Below are positions 10,172-23,197 of a stretch of DNA of 64,000 bases, piece by piece. The stretch is from Desulfomicrobium sp. (lineage in GTDB: Bacteria > Desulfobacterota > Desulfovibrionia > Desulfovibrionales > Desulfomicrobiaceae). The translations under genes and the position numbers were made by a program. Where the stretch lies: the NCBI GenBank assembly GCA_040768745.1, contig JAXGMI010000001.1, positions 1,696,001 to 1,760,000 of the forward strand, read 5' to 3'. The notes under the pieces are model-generated. The model was not told where the DNA came from. It searched no databases and was given only the letters and a program-made list of their open reading frames with translations. Every line of letters starts with the position of its first letter. Position 1 is the stretch's first letter.

Positions 10172-11053
10172 CTACTCCAGGTTTTGAATCTGCTCGCGGC
10201 ATTTTTCCAGTTCGGCCTTGAAGGCAACCACGAGCTGGCTGATGCGGGTGTTCTGGCTTTTGTTCCCGCACGTATTGATTTCGCGAAAGCATTCCTGGAC
10301 CATGAAGTCGAGCTTGCGCCCCACAGGTTCTGTCTGACGGAAGTATTCGTCAATGCCTTGCAGATGAATGTCCAGGCGGGTGAGTTCCTCGGACACATCC
10401 ACGCGGTCGGCAATGATGGCCAGCTCCTGCAGCAGGCGTTCGGGATCGGATTGTATCCCGCTGTCCGCCATGAGCTTTTCCACACGCTCCTTGACCATGG
10501 CCAGGCGTTCCCCGGGGATCGCTGCGGAAACGGTCCTGATCTGTTCCACCAGTGTGCGCAAGGATGCGAATCGGGTTCTCAGGTCCGCCTCCAGGGCAAG
10601 CCCTTCGCGGATGCGCGCCCCGTCCCAGTCGGCCAGGGCCCGGCCCAGGGTTGCGGTCAGGGAGGCAATGAGACGCGGGTTGTCGACGGCGCCCGATTCT
10701 TTCCAGAGGGCTGGTATGGACACGAACCGATTCAGGTCGGGAGCGAACGGGATGTGCATGGCTTCGGCCAGGCGTTCCAGTTCCAGCAGCATGGCTCCGG
10801 CCAGGGTGGTATCCAGGGAGATGTTCTGCAGTTCGGGGCTGGTCAGTTTGAGATTCAGGAAGAGTTCCACCCCGCCCCGGCTGGCCACAGTCCGGACCAG
10901 GTTTTCCCATTCCTTCTGACAGGCGTAGCAGGTGGGCGGAATCTTCCATTTCAGGTCCAGGTGGCGGTTGTTCAGGCTGCGGATTTCCCAGGACAGGGTC
11001 CAGTTCTCTTCCTGGGCGCTGGCCCGGCCGTAGCCAGTCATACTTTTGGGCAT
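10172..11053 (-). CDS. yicC: YicC/YloC family endoribonuclease
   Basis: [58 protein letters not shown]. Confidence 0.93.
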   Translation of the reverse strand: MPKSMTGYGRASAQEENWTLSWEIRSLNNRHLDLKWKIPPTCYACQKEWENLVRTVASRGGVELFLNLKLTSPELQNISLDTTLAGAMLLELERLAEAMHIPFAPDLNRFVSIPALWKESGAVDNPRLIASLTATLGRALADWDGARIREGLALEADLRTRFASLRTLVEQIRTVSAAIPGERLAMVKERVEKLMADSGIQSDPERLLQELAIIADRVDVSEELTRLDIHLQGIDEYFRQTEPVGRKLDFMVQECFREINTCGNKSQNTRISQLVVAFKAELEKCREQIQNLE

Positions 11054-11063
11054 GGCGTGTCCT

Positions 11064-11597
11064 TCATCTCATGTGCTTGAGATCGTTTTTGTACATTTCC
11101 CGGATCCTGGTCAGGTGGACCTTTATCTCGGCCGTGGAGTAATCCGGAAAGGTCCAGGGCAGGTCGAACCACTCCCCCTTGTGGAAAATAAGGGTCAGAT
11201 CGGCCCAGATGCCGTGGGAGAGGTAGACGCGATGCGAGAAATTCTTGCCCGTGGCCAGGACCAGCCGCTCCTGGGTGAGGTAGCCGGGGTCCAGGTTGAA
11301 CAGGCGCTGCCCCGAAGTGGACCATTCTTCCTCCAGGCTGTTGGTCGCCAATTTTATGTCCGCGAGGCCGTCCATGGCAAGAGGGCGGGCAAAGGACAGG
11401 ATGCGCCGGGCTATGGGGTTGCCCAACTCGCGGTCATAGTACCTTGTCTGGGTGAAGGGTATGAGATCGGATTCGTAGTCTATACGGCCAAGAATGTTCT
11501 CGATTTTGGGCACGAGGTCTGGCCAGAAACGGTCCCATCTGGCGCTCAGCACGGACAGCAGAGCCCGGGCCGGAAGAGGGATATGCGGGGTGCTCAT
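11064..11597 (-). CDS. DUF4416 family protein
   Basis: TRYYDRELG, LADIKLATNSLE, RLFNLDPGY, LATGKNFSHRVYL, PWTFPDY. Confidence 0.8.
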   Translation of the reverse strand: MSTPHIPLPARALLSVLSARWDRFWPDLVPKIENILGRIDYESDLIPFTQTRYYDRELGNPIARRILSFARPLAMDGLADIKLATNSLEEEWSTSGQRLFNLDPGYLTQERLVLATGKNFSHRVYLSHGIWADLTLIFHKGEWFDLPWTFPDYSTAEIKVHLTRIREMYKNDLKHMR

Positions 11598-12889
11598 AGG
11601 GCTGCCGTGTTCTCTGTGGCCCTGACTACAAGACCCGCAGGGGAAATCCCGAGGGGGGCGACAGGGACCAGGCTTCTTGACTGCATGTTTTCAGCGCCCT
11701 CAACCCGGCATTCCACATAGAATTCATTCATGCCCGTGGAGGTGTCCTCCAGGACCACCTCCATGCAGGGGCGAGTCAGCAGGTGGCGCAAAAACTCCAG
11801 GCGCTTTTTCTCCACAACTTGGCGCAGGATTTTGGCCCGTTCCCGGCGCAGATGGCCTGGAACGGCGTCTTTGAAGTTTGCGGCCGGGGTGCCGGGGCGT
11901 TCGGAATAGGGGAAGACATGGGCATAGGTGAGGGGCAGCCGGGAGACGAGTTCCAGGGTCTCCTGAAAACAGGAATCGGTTTCCCCGGGAAACCCGGCGA
12001 TGAGGTCAGCACCCAGGCCGAAAACAGGCCAATGTCCACGAAGATCGGCCAGGAACGTGGCGATGTCTGTCGGGTCGTAGTGTCCCCGACCCATACGCCG
12101 CAGCACGTCAGTGCTGCCGCTTTGCAATGAGATGTGCAGATGCGGGGACATGAGCCGGCTCGCATGCAGGCTGGCCAGGGCCTTGGCGTGCAGGTCGGCC
12201 GGTTCCAGGGATCCAATCCGCAGCCGGGCCCGGCCTGCCCATTCGGGGGCAAGGGCGCGGTCCACTCCTGCCAGCAGGTCCCAGAAATCCATGCGGGGGG
12301 AGAGGTCTCGTCCGTATTGCCGCAGGTTGATCCCGCACAGGGCGAACTCCCTGATTCCGGCAGAAAGGAGGCGCCTGCACTCGGCGATGACCTGCCCGGG
12401 GTCCCGGCTGACAGAGGTTCCCCTGGTGGTGGGGATGATGCAGTAGGTACAGCCGTGAGAACAGCCGTCCTGCACCTTGATGACGGCACGGGCCCGATTG
12501 TAGTCCGAAATGGTGAAGGCGGAAAAGGGCGCTTCGCCTGTTCGCGAAGTCAGATCGCCAAGGTCCCATTTGCCTTTTTGGGTCAATGTTTCATCCACGC
12601 CGGGCAACCCCTGCACACGTTCAGGATCGGCTTCCACGGCGCACCCCGCAACCACGGTCCAGGGTTTGGGACAGATGGCCGCAAAGCCCCGGACCAGCTT
12701 GGCCAGGTCCAGAATGGCCCGCTCGGTCACGGCGCAGCTGTTGATGAGCACGATGTCGGCCAGGCCCGGATCCCAGGTCTCCACCAGACCTTGGGCAATC
12801 CATGTCTCGCGGATGGCCTGGGACTCATACTGGTTGACCTTGCAGCCCTGGGTGACCAGGAAGAAGAGTTGTCCTGGTTCACGTCTCAT
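11594..12889 (-). CDS. mtaB: tRNA t6A37 methylthiotransferase (MiaB/MtaB family)
   Basis: TQGCKVNQYES, INSCAVT, KVQDGCSHGCTYC, HVFPYSERPGT; start set at MRREPG. Confidence 0.88.
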   Translation of the reverse strand: MRREPGQLFFLVTQGCKVNQYESQAIRETWIAQGLVETWDPGLADIVLINSCAVTERAILDLAKLVRGFAAICPKPWTVVAGCAVEADPERVQGLPGVDETLTQKGKWDLGDLTSRTGEAPFSAFTISDYNRARAVIKVQDGCSHGCTYCIIPTTRGTSVSRDPGQVIAECRRLLSAGIREFALCGINLRQYGRDLSPRMDFWDLLAGVDRALAPEWAGRARLRIGSLEPADLHAKALASLHASRLMSPHLHISLQSGSTDVLRRMGRGHYDPTDIATFLADLRGHWPVFGLGADLIAGFPGETDSCFQETLELVSRLPLTYAHVFPYSERPGTPAANFKDAVPGHLRRERAKILRQVVEKKRLEFLRHLLTRPCMEVVLEDTSTGMNEFYVECRVEGAENMQSRSLVPVAPLGISPAGLVVRATENTAAL

Positions 12890-13922
12890 GGTGGATTCCG
12901 TTGAGGATCGTAGCCCCGGCCAGGATTTGTCCGTCGGGCGCGTAGACCGCGGCGACCTGGCCAGGGGCAGGCAGGGGTCGAGGCCTGGCAAAGGTGATGG
13001 TCATGCCGTCGTCATCGAGTTCGATGGCTGCCGGCTCGGGTTGTTGACGGTAGATGGTCTGCACCAGGACTTGGGCCGGCCAGGTGCCGGGTTTGGCCAG
13101 CAGGTTGGGCGCATCTGTGCGGCAGCCAGTGGAAAGCGCTTCGGGCCTGGGCCCCACGACCAGGGTGTTGGTCGGCACGTCCTTGCCCGTGACGTAGAGG
13201 GGCTCGGAGTAGGCGACGCCGAGCCCCTTGCGTTGGCCCAGGGTGTGGTTCCACAGGCCGGCATGCCGACCGAGAACCGTTCCGTCGGCCAGGGCAATGG
13301 GACCCGGGCCACTCAGTAGGACTTTGCGTTGTTGCAGGAACTCACGGTAGTTTGTGTTGATGAAGCAGATCTCCTGGCTTTCCTGGTCAGCAGGCGGAGT
13401 CAGCCCCCTGGCGGCCAGCGCTTGGCGCACCTTGACCTTGGTCCATCCGGCCAAGGGGAAAAGCGTGAGGGCGAAGCGGGCCAACGGCACTCTGGACAGG
13501 AAGTAGCTCTGGTCCTTGGTCGGGTCCAAACCGCGGTACAGGGTTGGTCCTTCGGCAGTCTGCTCCAGCCGGACATAATGTCCCGTGGCCAATCTGTCCG
13601 CGCCGAGGTCCAGTACCCGGTCCATCAACAGCCCGAATTTCATGGCAGGGTTGCATGCTGCACAGGGATTGGGGGTGAGACCCCGCTGATAGGCCTGGAT
13701 GAACGGAGTGACCACGCGTTCCTCGAACTCCAGGCGCAGGTCGACGAGGTGGAAGGGGACGCCCAGATCCGTGCACAGGTTTCCCAGCCGGTCTGCCAGA
13801 CTGTCATCGCCTGCAGTCAGGAAGCGGGCGTGCACGGCCATGATTCTCGCTCCGGTCTCCCGGAGCAGGATCAGGCTCATGAGGGAATCAACCCCTCCGC
13901 TCAAGGCAACAGCGATGTGCAT
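12879..13922 (-). CDS. mnmA: tRNA 2-thiouridylase
   Basis: SGGVDS, PNPCAACN, ATGHY, KDQSYFL, SQEICF, TLGQRKGLG, APGQVAAVY; start MHIAV at 13922. Confidence 0.93.
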   Translation of the reverse strand: MHIAVALSGGVDSLMSLILLRETGARIMAVHARFLTAGDDSLADRLGNLCTDLGVPFHLVDLRLEFEERVVTPFIQAYQRGLTPNPCAACNPAMKFGLLMDRVLDLGADRLATGHYVRLEQTAEGPTLYRGLDPTKDQSYFLSRVPLARFALTLFPLAGWTKVKVRQALAARGLTPPADQESQEICFINTNYREFLQQRKVLLSGPGPIALADGTVLGRHAGLWNHTLGQRKGLGVAYSEPLYVTGKDVPTNTLVVGPRPEALSTGCRTDAPNLLAKPGTWPAQVLVQTIYRQQPEPAAIELDDDGMTITFARPRPLPAPGQVAAVYAPDGQILAGATILNGIHHET

Positions 13923-13956
13923 GCAGTTCAACGACCGGGGATCCCGAGATATCGGA

Positions 13957-15423
13957 TTACGGCAGGGGCGGCGCAGGAAGCTGTGGCAGGGCAGCTTCGA
14001 GGGTGGCAGCCACCTGCAGCATCCTGACTTCATCCATGCTCCCTCCGAAAAGCTGCAGCCCTACTGGGAGATTCGAGTCCCGTCCCAGTCCCACCGGCAG
14101 GCTCAGGCCCGGCAGGCCGCTCAAATTCAGGGAGATAGTGAAGATGTCCGTCAGATACATCTGCAGGGGGTCCGCGGTGTTTTGACCGATGGCAAAGGCC
14201 GTGGTCGGGCTGGCCGGGCCGCAGATGAGGTCGCACTTCTCCAAGGCGCGCAGATAGTCCTGGCGGATCAGTCTGCGGACCTGGGCGGCCTTCTTGTAGT
14301 AGGCGTCATAATATCCGGCCGAGAGAACGTAGGTGCCAAGCATGATCCGGCGCATGACCTCCTCGCCGAAGCCTTCGCTGCGGGACTTGGTGTACATGGA
14401 TGCCAGGTCCTGGACGTGAGGGCTGCGGCGTCCGTAGCGGACTCCGTCGAAGCGGGCCAGATTGGAACTCGCCTCGGCCATGGCCAGGATGTAGTAGGTG
14501 GCGATGGCGTATTCGGTATGCGGCAGAGACACGGGCACGATTTCCGCGCCCAGGCCCGCAGCTAGGTCAACGGCAGTGCGGCAGGCCTGCTCCACCTCGG
14601 GAGTCAGACCTTTGCCCCAGTACTCTTCGGGCAGGCCCAGGCGCAGGCCGGCGAGGGATTCCCGCTGCCCGAGAACCCCCACGTAATCCGGAACCGGCAC
14701 ATTGACGCTGGTCGAATCCTTGGGGTCGTGTCCGGCAATGACCTGCAGCACTTCGGCCGCATCGCGGACAGTGCGGGTCATGGGGCCGGCCTGATCCAGG
14801 GACGATCCATAGGCGACAAGCCCGCGGCGGGAGACCCGGCCATAGGTGGGCTTCAAGCCCACGATTCCGCAAAAGCTGGCTGGCTGCCGGATTGATCCGC
14901 CTGTGTCCGTGCCGATGGATGCGAAGCATTGGCCGGCGGCCACGCTGGCGGCCGAGCCGCCGCTGGAACCGCCAGGAACGTGGGACGTGTTCCAGGGATT
15001 CTTTGTCGTCTTGAAGGCCGAGTTTTCGGTGGAGGAGCCCATGGCGAATTCGTCCATGTTGGCCTTGCCGAGGATGATGGCCCCGGCCTCCCTGAGCTTG
15101 GCCACGCAGTGGGCGTCGTAGACCGGAACGAAATTTTCCAGGATTCTTGACCCGCAGGTGGTTGGCATGCCCTTGGTGGCCAGGACGTCCTTGACCGTGA
15201 TGGGCACTCCCCACAGCGGCCTGGAAGGGTCGGGACCGGCAGTGTCCAGGAGTCCGGCTTCCCGCAGGATCTCATCTCCAGCAACGTGCAGAAGGGCGTC
15301 CAGCGTCGGGTCGGTCCGGGCGATGCGGTCCAGGCAGGCGGCGGTGCATTCCCGGGCCGAGAGCTCTCTGGTGCGCAGGAGGTCGCGCACCTGGGTAAGG
15401 GAAAGACAGTGAATCTGTGACAT
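13957..15423 (-). CDS. gatA: Asp/Glu-tRNA amidotransferase subunit A
   Basis: [52 protein letters not shown]. Confidence 0.96.
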   Translation of the reverse strand: MSQIHCLSLTQVRDLLRTRELSARECTAACLDRIARTDPTLDALLHVAGDEILREAGLLDTAGPDPSRPLWGVPITVKDVLATKGMPTTCGSRILENFVPVYDAHCVAKLREAGAIILGKANMDEFAMGSSTENSAFKTTKNPWNTSHVPGGSSGGSAASVAAGQCFASIGTDTGGSIRQPASFCGIVGLKPTYGRVSRRGLVAYGSSLDQAGPMTRTVRDAAEVLQVIAGHDPKDSTSVNVPVPDYVGVLGQRESLAGLRLGLPEEYWGKGLTPEVEQACRTAVDLAAGLGAEIVPVSLPHTEYAIATYYILAMAEASSNLARFDGVRYGRRSPHVQDLASMYTKSRSEGFGEEVMRRIMLGTYVLSAGYYDAYYKKAAQVRRLIRQDYLRALEKCDLICGPASPTTAFAIGQNTADPLQMYLTDIFTISLNLSGLPGLSLPVGLGRDSNLPVGLQLFGGSMDEVRMLQVAATLEAALPQLPAPPLP

Positions 15424-15454
15424 GGAGATTCCTTGAAGCGAGTTGGTTTCGCGC

Positions 15455-15739
15455 TCAGACGATACGTGGCACGATGAAGTACTCCCCGTCTGACTCCGGG
15501 GCATTGCGCAGGATGTCGGCACGGGTGGATTCCTTGCGGACCTCGTCTGGCCGCAGCATTCCGGCCTGGTCCACGGGGGTGTACATCGGCTCGACGCTGG
15601 CGGTGTCCAGTTCGTTCAGCTTGCCCATGTAACCCAGGATGTCATCCATCTGGGCGGCCAGGACCGCAGCCTGGTCCGGAGTGATTTCCAGACGGGCCAG
15701 GGTGGCGATGGCCAGTGCTTTTTCGGGACTTAAGTTCAT
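15455..15739 (-). CDS. gatC: Asp/Glu-tRNA amidotransferase subunit C
   Basis: [23 protein letters not shown]...YFIVPRIV; adjacent to gatA. Confidence 0.93.
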   Translation of the reverse strand: MNLSPEKALAIATLARLEITPDQAAVLAAQMDDILGYMGKLNELDTASVEPMYTPVDQAGMLRPDEVRKESTRADILRNAPESDGEYFIVPRIV

Positions 15740-15746
15740 GCGGACC

Positions 15747-17678
15747 TCATTGTTTTGTGTTCTTCAGCAACTGGGCCCGGCGTTCTTCGCGTCGGAGCTG
15801 CCGGTATTCGCGGGTCTGACGTATTTTTTCCATGTCTGCCCGGACCATGCCCGATCCGGTGGGCTGGAAGAGGAACAGTTCCTGACTGACTCGGCCCGCG
15901 TCCCAGTACATGGGGGCCAGGCCCCAAGGCATTCGGCTTGAGGCCAGGACCAGGGCCTGGTTGAAGGCTTCGGCCGTGGGGTGCCCGCCCCCGACCAGGG
16001 CCGTGAAGCGGACGAAGTCATAGCCCAGGGCGGCCCACATTTCGGCCGAGCCCCCGCCGCCATCGGACATGGCCTGCTTCAGGCTCTGCACCGGCTGTGA
16101 GGTAGAGTTCGGATCCCACGCCCCGGGGAACATGGTCAGGTCGAAGTACTGCATTTCGAGCTGGGATTCGCCCGCGTTCTGGCTCCACAGCTGCGGACCA
16201 AGAAAGATCAGCCGTGTCTCCTCGTAGTAGTGGAAGAGGGGGGCCAGTTGCTGCACCCGGAACAGGGAGTCTGGCATGAACACCGCCTGAAAGGCCGGCT
16301 CGGGGTTCATGGTGTTCTTCTTTCCGCTGGCTCCGAGCACATCGGCCACAGCCTTGCTCCAGCCCGGGGGGTTGGACAGGTCGTATCCCCTGACCAGGGA
16401 GATCTGTGCGTTCAGGGCCTTGGCTTCGGTCTGGAAGACCTCGCTCATGGCCGTGCCGAAGCGGTCCTGGGGATGGAGGATTGCAAAGGACGAGACGCCG
16501 AGCAGTTCACATCCACGAATGAGGGCCTTGACCTGGTCCCCTGGGCTGCTGAAAAAACGCCAGGCTTCGACGCCCTCGTCTTCGACATTGGGCAGGAACG
16601 TCATGTAGCGGGCCGCGCGGTGCAGTCCGGCGAAGCGGATTTTTTCCCACACCTCCTTGCGCAGAGGGCCGCCGACGATGGGCGAGCCGCTGAGGGCTTT
16701 CAGTTCGTCCAGAAAGGTCGGGGACTCGGCATTGATGAGCTTGATTTCCGGAGTCCCTGTCTGGGCCCGGTTCTCCCGCCAGGCGCAGTCCGCGCCCTTG
16801 GCGATTTGCCAGCCGACCTGGGCATAGGGTCCGGACAGGGGCAGCAGCAGGACCAGGCTTTGCCTGACCACGCCCATCTGCTGTTCCAGAGAATGCAGGT
16901 TTCCGGCGAAGAATTCCCGGTTGGCCAGACCACCGGAACGGACTACCGCGGACAGGCTGGGCCATACCGAGGCCCAGTTCGCCTTGTCCTGGGTCAGGAG
17001 TTTCATGCCCTGGGCCCAGACCAGCATGGACCAGGGATAGGTGTTCGGATCGGCGCCCATGGAACTGTTGAGGGTTTTCTGCAGCTGGTCCAGATTCAAG
17101 GACTCTGCCCGGCTCAAGGCATGGGCTTCGAGAGGGCTTTTGGTCGCGGCGTCGGGAGCTGCCGCGTAAAGCATTCCCAATGCCTCGAAGGACAGTCCGT
17201 ATTCGGGGATGCCCCAGAAGTGGTCGGCCAGTTCCATGCCGGCCGCCTCCCTTGTGGTCCAGTCAAGATCCGTCCGCTTGACAAGATTCGTCAGATAGGT
17301 GGCATAGGCATTCTTGCCCTGGCGGGCCAGCAGAAGCTGGGCGTTGGCCTGGTTCCAGTCCCAGGTGGCAGAGGCGTTTCTGCTTTCTGTCTTCCATGCC
17401 TGTAGGTTTTGTTCGGCCAGATCGAATTCGCCAAGCTGCACGGCGCTGCCTACAGTGTTCTTCCAGGCCTCGGCCCGTCCAGGATCCCCGGGTTTGGTCG
17501 CGGCCAGGTGTTTGGAGTACTTCTGCAAGGCCATTTGTGGATCCTGGGCCTTGTGTCCTGGCAGGGTGGAGGACGCGGCCGGGCGGTCAGGGCCGGAATA
17601 GATGGTCTTTTGAGGGGCGCAGGCGAAAAGCGCCAAGGTCAGAGCCAGGAAGCAGAGAAGAAGTCGTAGGGTGTTCAT
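15747..17678 (-). CDS. LpoA/LppC-like lipoprotein (penicillin-binding protein activator family)
   Basis: Lipobox LFAC after a hydrophobic stretch; LLLPLSGPY, IVGGPL, ALGYD periplasmic-binding-fold motifs. Confidence 0.7.
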   Translation of the reverse strand: MNTLRLLLCFLALTLALFACAPQKTIYSGPDRPAASSTLPGHKAQDPQMALQKYSKHLAATKPGDPGRAEAWKNTVGSAVQLGEFDLAEQNLQAWKTESRNASATWDWNQANAQLLLARQGKNAYATYLTNLVKRTDLDWTTREAAGMELADHFWGIPEYGLSFEALGMLYAAAPDAATKSPLEAHALSRAESLNLDQLQKTLNSSMGADPNTYPWSMLVWAQGMKLLTQDKANWASVWPSLSAVVRSGGLANREFFAGNLHSLEQQMGVVRQSLVLLLPLSGPYAQVGWQIAKGADCAWRENRAQTGTPEIKLINAESPTFLDELKALSGSPIVGGPLRKEVWEKIRFAGLHRAARYMTFLPNVEDEGVEAWRFFSSPGDQVKALIRGCELLGVSSFAILHPQDRFGTAMSEVFQTEAKALNAQISLVRGYDLSNPPGWSKAVADVLGASGKKNTMNPEPAFQAVFMPDSLFRVQQLAPLFHYYEETRLIFLGPQLWSQNAGESQLEMQYFDLTMFPGAWDPNSTSQPVQSLKQAMSDGGGGSAEMWAALGYDFVRFTALVGGGHPTAEAFNQALVLASSRMPWGLAPMYWDAGRVSQELFLFQPTGSGMVRADMEKIRQTREYRQLRREERRAQLLKNTKQ

Positions 17679-17729
17679 GATGATGAGGCCTGCAGCCATT
17701 TCAGGCCTGACGTGGGATGTGTCCCGGTT

Positions 17730-17761
17730 AAAAAAAAGCCTGGCCCCGTTCAGGGCCAGGC
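17730..17761 (-). terminator. Intrinsic terminator after dnaK
   Basis: A8 run next to GCCTGGCCC-CGTTCA-GGGCCAGGC hairpin. Confidence 0.8.
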
Positions 17762-17798
17762 AACGAATATATGTACCGGCAAATTGCCGTGTCAATGC

Positions 17799-19709
<1,911 letters not shown>

Positions 19710-19805
19710 ATGATCTCTCCTCTCATGTATGCGAAAAGTCGTAAAATCGGGGACAAACTAACGCTTAAAAAATGCTTGTAAAGGGCAACGGGATATTTTT
19801 TGTAC

Positions 19806-19836
19806 AAAAAAGCGGCCCCGGACTTCCGGGGCCGCT
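19806..19836 (-). terminator. Intrinsic terminator after the Gld-like operon
   Basis: A6 run plus GCGGCCCCGG-ACTT-CCGGGGCCGC hairpin. Confidence 0.8.
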
Positions 19837-19846
19837 GGGATCCGAC

Positions 19847-20809
19847 TCAGCCCGCTGGGTTGGGCGGTGCGGGGAAAAGCCTTCGGAAGACCGTGGCGTG
19901 CATGCGGTACACATGCGACGAGTCGGCGCGCCTGACGAGGATGTCATCCCTGTGGAGAGCCGCTTCCAGGACAAGGGTGCGGGAGGGAGTCCGGATCTCC
20001 AGGCGATGGGTTGGGGTGTTCAGCCTGGAGACCAGAGCATTGCCGGGTGGAACGGCCTCAAAGACACTGACCCTTGCCAAAGCCGGAACAATGTCCTCCA
20101 GTTGGCCCAGGGGCAGGCCTTTGCCCCTGGATTGCCGGAGGGTCCACGCGGACGCGGCATTGCCGGTATTGCCTTTAACCTGAGTGGTGCGGATCAGGAT
20201 CGCTTCGTCCGTGGGAGTGGAGAGGCGCAGTTCCGCCACCTCGGTGGCCGGCACCGAAAGAAGGTTGGTATCGATCCAGAACTGCGCCGAAAGGGAGGAA
20301 CCATGGGCGCCGAGCTGGCCAAGGATGGTTCCGGGGACAACGCAGACATCAGAGCTGCCCGCGGCGCGGACAAAGACTTGGCGGAAGTCGCCCTTGCCAA
20401 AGAGCAGGTGGGCGAGTTCGGTCTGGCCCTGGTGCAGGACGAGCCCCAGAGCCTGTTCACTTTCCAGTTCGAAATCTCTCAACACGGCCGGGTCGCTGGA
20501 GCGCAGCTCTCCGCGCAGCCCGCCAACCGCGGCCAGCATGTGCTCCACGCCCTGGGCGCTGGCCATGACTCCCCCCAGGGCCGGGATGCGCCACGAACCG
20601 TCTGTTTTCTCAAGGATCACGGCTGCACTCCCGGGCCGGGAGATTTCGATCCGGTCCAGCGCTGTCGTGTTCAGGTCGGCCGGCACCATGGGCCGCAAGG
20701 ACTCGGAGGTCATGACGCGTGCGTCATCCCGGAATGTTCTGCGGTACCAGAGGCCGGCACCCAGGAGGGCAAGGATCAACGCGAGGACTACGATGCTTCG
20801 CGCGTTCAT
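19847..20809 (-). CDS. DUF4340-like membrane-anchored protein
   Basis: N-terminal TM helix, two repeats of the W-x...L...F-x-L pattern; typical third gene of GldA/F/G-like operons. Confidence 0.65.
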   Translation of the reverse strand: MNARSIVVLALILALLGAGLWYRRTFRDDARVMTSESLRPMVPADLNTTALDRIEISRPGSAAVILEKTDGSWRIPALGGVMASAQGVEHMLAAVGGLRGELRSSDPAVLRDFELESEQALGLVLHQGQTELAHLLFGKGDFRQVFVRAAGSSDVCVVPGTILGQLGAHGSSLSAQFWIDTNLLSVPATEVAELRLSTPTDEAILIRTTQVKGNTGNAASAWTLRQSRGKGLPLGQLEDIVPALARVSVFEAVPPGNALVSRLNTPTHRLEIRTPSRTLVLEAALHRDDILVRRADSSHVYRMHATVFRRLFPAPPNPAG

Positions 20810-23187
20810 GCCGACGTCCTCATGCCGCGGGCGTACTGAACCCGGCGGCGGTTGCGGGACCAGATCCTGGACAGGGCCAGCCCGGCGATGGCCAGGGCGG
20901 GCAGGCAGTAGGTGATCAGTTTCCAGATGGTCGCTGTTTGCGGGTCGATATCGAAAATGAGGCGCGTGGGCAGCCTCTTGCCCCGGATCTGGAGCAGCTC
21001 CGGGCCGTAGGCGAGGAAGTCCACGGCGTTCATGAGGAAATCGACGTTGTTCTGGAGCATGTCATCGCCGAACATGGCCGCTCCTCCGATGAGAATCAGT
21101 TCGCCAGGCGCCAGCGGGCGTTCGAGCACTGCCTCTGCGGGCGCATTTTCGGCGTCGGGCCAGGCCGGAGGAGGGTCAGCAGGGACCGGGAACTGTCCGC
21201 TGATCCGTGCAGCCACGGGGCGGGAGGCCTGTCCGACAGCTGGGGGCGTGATCTGGCTCTGGATGAGGTGCGACTTTGCCTCGGCCAGCCAGGATCTTGA
21301 ACTGGAGGAGACCAGAACCGTGGGGTGCAGCCCTATTCTGGACAGCTTCTCCGAGTCCAGGTTCAGTGCGGCGCCCCAGAGGTAGAAAAGGTTGTCCAGA
21401 CGGGTGGTGATGGGATCATCCGGGCTCATGTTGTCCTTGGTCAGGACGATCTGGATCGGAAGTTTCACGCTGAGGCCCCCGCCGACCATCTGATCGAACT
21501 GGTTGCGGGCCACGCGGATGGCCGTGTTCTGCTCATCCATGAGAATCCTGGAATCGACAGACACCCCAAAGGTATCGAACAGTCTGTCCAGGCCGCTGTC
21601 CAGAGGGGTGAAATTCACAGCCATACTGCCCTGGGCCAGGTCGTAGTCCCATTGCCCGGTCTGCACGGCCATGATGGTCTTCTGCCCGGCGGCCAGGGTC
21701 CTGCCCAGTTCCCATGCCTGACGTTCGTTCATGGCCGTGGGCTGGAGAACGAGGAGCACGTCGGCATCGGCGGGAACGCTGTCCTGGCTGCTCAGGGCTA
21801 CGGGGCGGATGCGGTATTTTTCCTGCTGCAGGACCCGGTTGAGCAGGTCAAAGCCTTCGCCGCCAACGACCGCAACCACGGGCTCTCTGGACCGGGTCAG
21901 ACGGAACACCGTGGAAACCAGCATGTATTCCAGATCACTCAGAGAGTCAGGTACGATGCGAGGGATGATGACCTCTGGAGCGTCCTTGTAGGCCACGCCG
22001 AGAGACGAATAGATGAGGTCACTGACAGACCCTGTCTGGCGCATGGCCGAGACGGAGAACGGTTCGACGCCCTTCTCCAGCATGCGTTTTTCCAGCGGAT
22101 CTGTGTTCGGTCCCTGGGCAGCCAAGGGATCTCCGCCCACCACGTTGGCCGCGCGCATGTGAACGCGTTTGTAGGTCAGTTTGCCGCCGCTGACTAGGCG
22201 CAGTTCCTCCAGACGGTCCAGGACATCGCGCTCCAATGTCTTGATTTCCGTAGGCATGTCTTCTTCGGGTGTGACATAGTAGGAAATTTGGACCGGCACG
22301 CTCAGCCCGGCCAGGATGCGCTGTGAGGCCGGGCTGACAGAGTGGATCCTGCCTTCGGTCCAGTCGAAACGGGCAAGGCTGACATCGCTCAGCAGGGCAT
22401 TGCAGAACAATCCGATACCCAGGCACAAACCCGCGCAGAGGGTGAAAAAGGCTGCAAAACCCCTGCGCCCCCGGCCTTCGATGTGCAGTCCGTTCAGGAA
22501 CAGAAAAAGGGCGACCCAGACGAGAAAGAAGGCAAGATCAGCCACTTCGACAATGCCGCGGGCGAACACGTCGTAGCGGCCCGTTACACCCAGCAGTTCC
22601 CGGAGCAGGGTGCCCAGGCCTCCGATCCAGGAGTCAAGGGCAGTGGCCGCGAAGTTGGTGCCCAGGAGGAAGATGCCGAAGCAGGCCAGCAGGCTCAGTA
22701 CGAAGGCCACGATCTGGTCTCTGGCAAAGCCGGAGACGAGCTGGCCCAAGGCCAGGAAAAAACCGCCCAGCAGGATGGCTCCGAGATAGGAACTGGCTAT
22801 TTGGCCGAAGTCCGGCCGGCCCAGGGCCGTGACCATAAGGGGCAGGAGCAGGGTGGAGGCCAGGGCCAGGAGGAGGAAGCAGAACCCGGCCAGGTATTTG
22901 CCCAGAACCAGGGACATGGGATGCATGGGAAAGGTCAGAAGCATCTCCATTGTGTTGCTGGAACGCTCCTCGGCCCACAGGCGCATGGCCACGGCCGGGA
23001 CAAAGACGCAGAGCATGAAGGGGAGGACTTGGAACAGCCCGCGGAGTTCAGCCACTGGAAAGAGAAAGAACTCGGTGACGAAAAGACCGCTGGCGATCAG
23101 GGCGAACACGACCAGGAAAATGGCCCCGATGGGTGAATTGCAATACTCGGCCAGTTCGCGCCGCATGATGGTGATCAGGTCTCGCAC
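20806..23187 (-). CDS. Fused GldF-like ABC-2 permease + GldG-like auxiliary domain
   Basis: GAGGAGG RBS before GTG 23187; AMRLWAEERSSNTMEMLLT, VLGKYLA permease motifs; RFDWTEGRIHSVS, LEYMLVSTV, NVDFLMNAVDFL GldG-like motifs. Confidence 0.8.
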   Translation of the reverse strand: MRDLITIMRRELAEYCNSPIGAIFLVVFALIASGLFVTEFFLFPVAELRGLFQVLPFMLCVFVPAVAMRLWAEERSSNTMEMLLTFPMHPMSLVLGKYLAGFCFLLLALASTLLLPLMVTALGRPDFGQIASSYLGAILLGGFFLALGQLVSGFARDQIVAFVLSLLACFGIFLLGTNFAATALDSWIGGLGTLLRELLGVTGRYDVFARGIVEVADLAFFLVWVALFLFLNGLHIEGRGRRGFAAFFTLCAGLCLGIGLFCNALLSDVSLARFDWTEGRIHSVSPASQRILAGLSVPVQISYYVTPEEDMPTEIKTLERDVLDRLEELRLVSGGKLTYKRVHMRAANVVGGDPLAAQGPNTDPLEKRMLEKGVEPFSVSAMRQTGSVSDLIYSSLGVAYKDAPEVIIPRIVPDSLSDLEYMLVSTVFRLTRSREPVVAVVGGEGFDLLNRVLQQEKYRIRPVALSSQDSVPADADVLLVLQPTAMNERQAWELGRTLAAGQKTIMAVQTGQWDYDLAQGSMAVNFTPLDSGLDRLFDTFGVSVDSRILMDEQNTAIRVARNQFDQMVGGGLSVKLPIQIVLTKDNMSPDDPITTRLDNLFYLWGAALNLDSEKLSRIGLHPTVLVSSSSRSWLAEAKSHLIQSQITPPAVGQASRPVAARISGQFPVPADPPPAWPDAENAPAEAVLERPLAPGELILIGGAAMFGDDMLQNNVDFLMNAVDFLAYGPELLQIRGKRLPTRLIFDIDPQTATIWKLITYCLPALAIAGLALSRIWSRNRRRVQYARGMRTSA

Positions 23188-23197
23188 GGTGTCCTCC

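Noticed and set aside
13957..15739. gatCA without gatB
   Set aside because: gatB is often encoded separately; not unusual.
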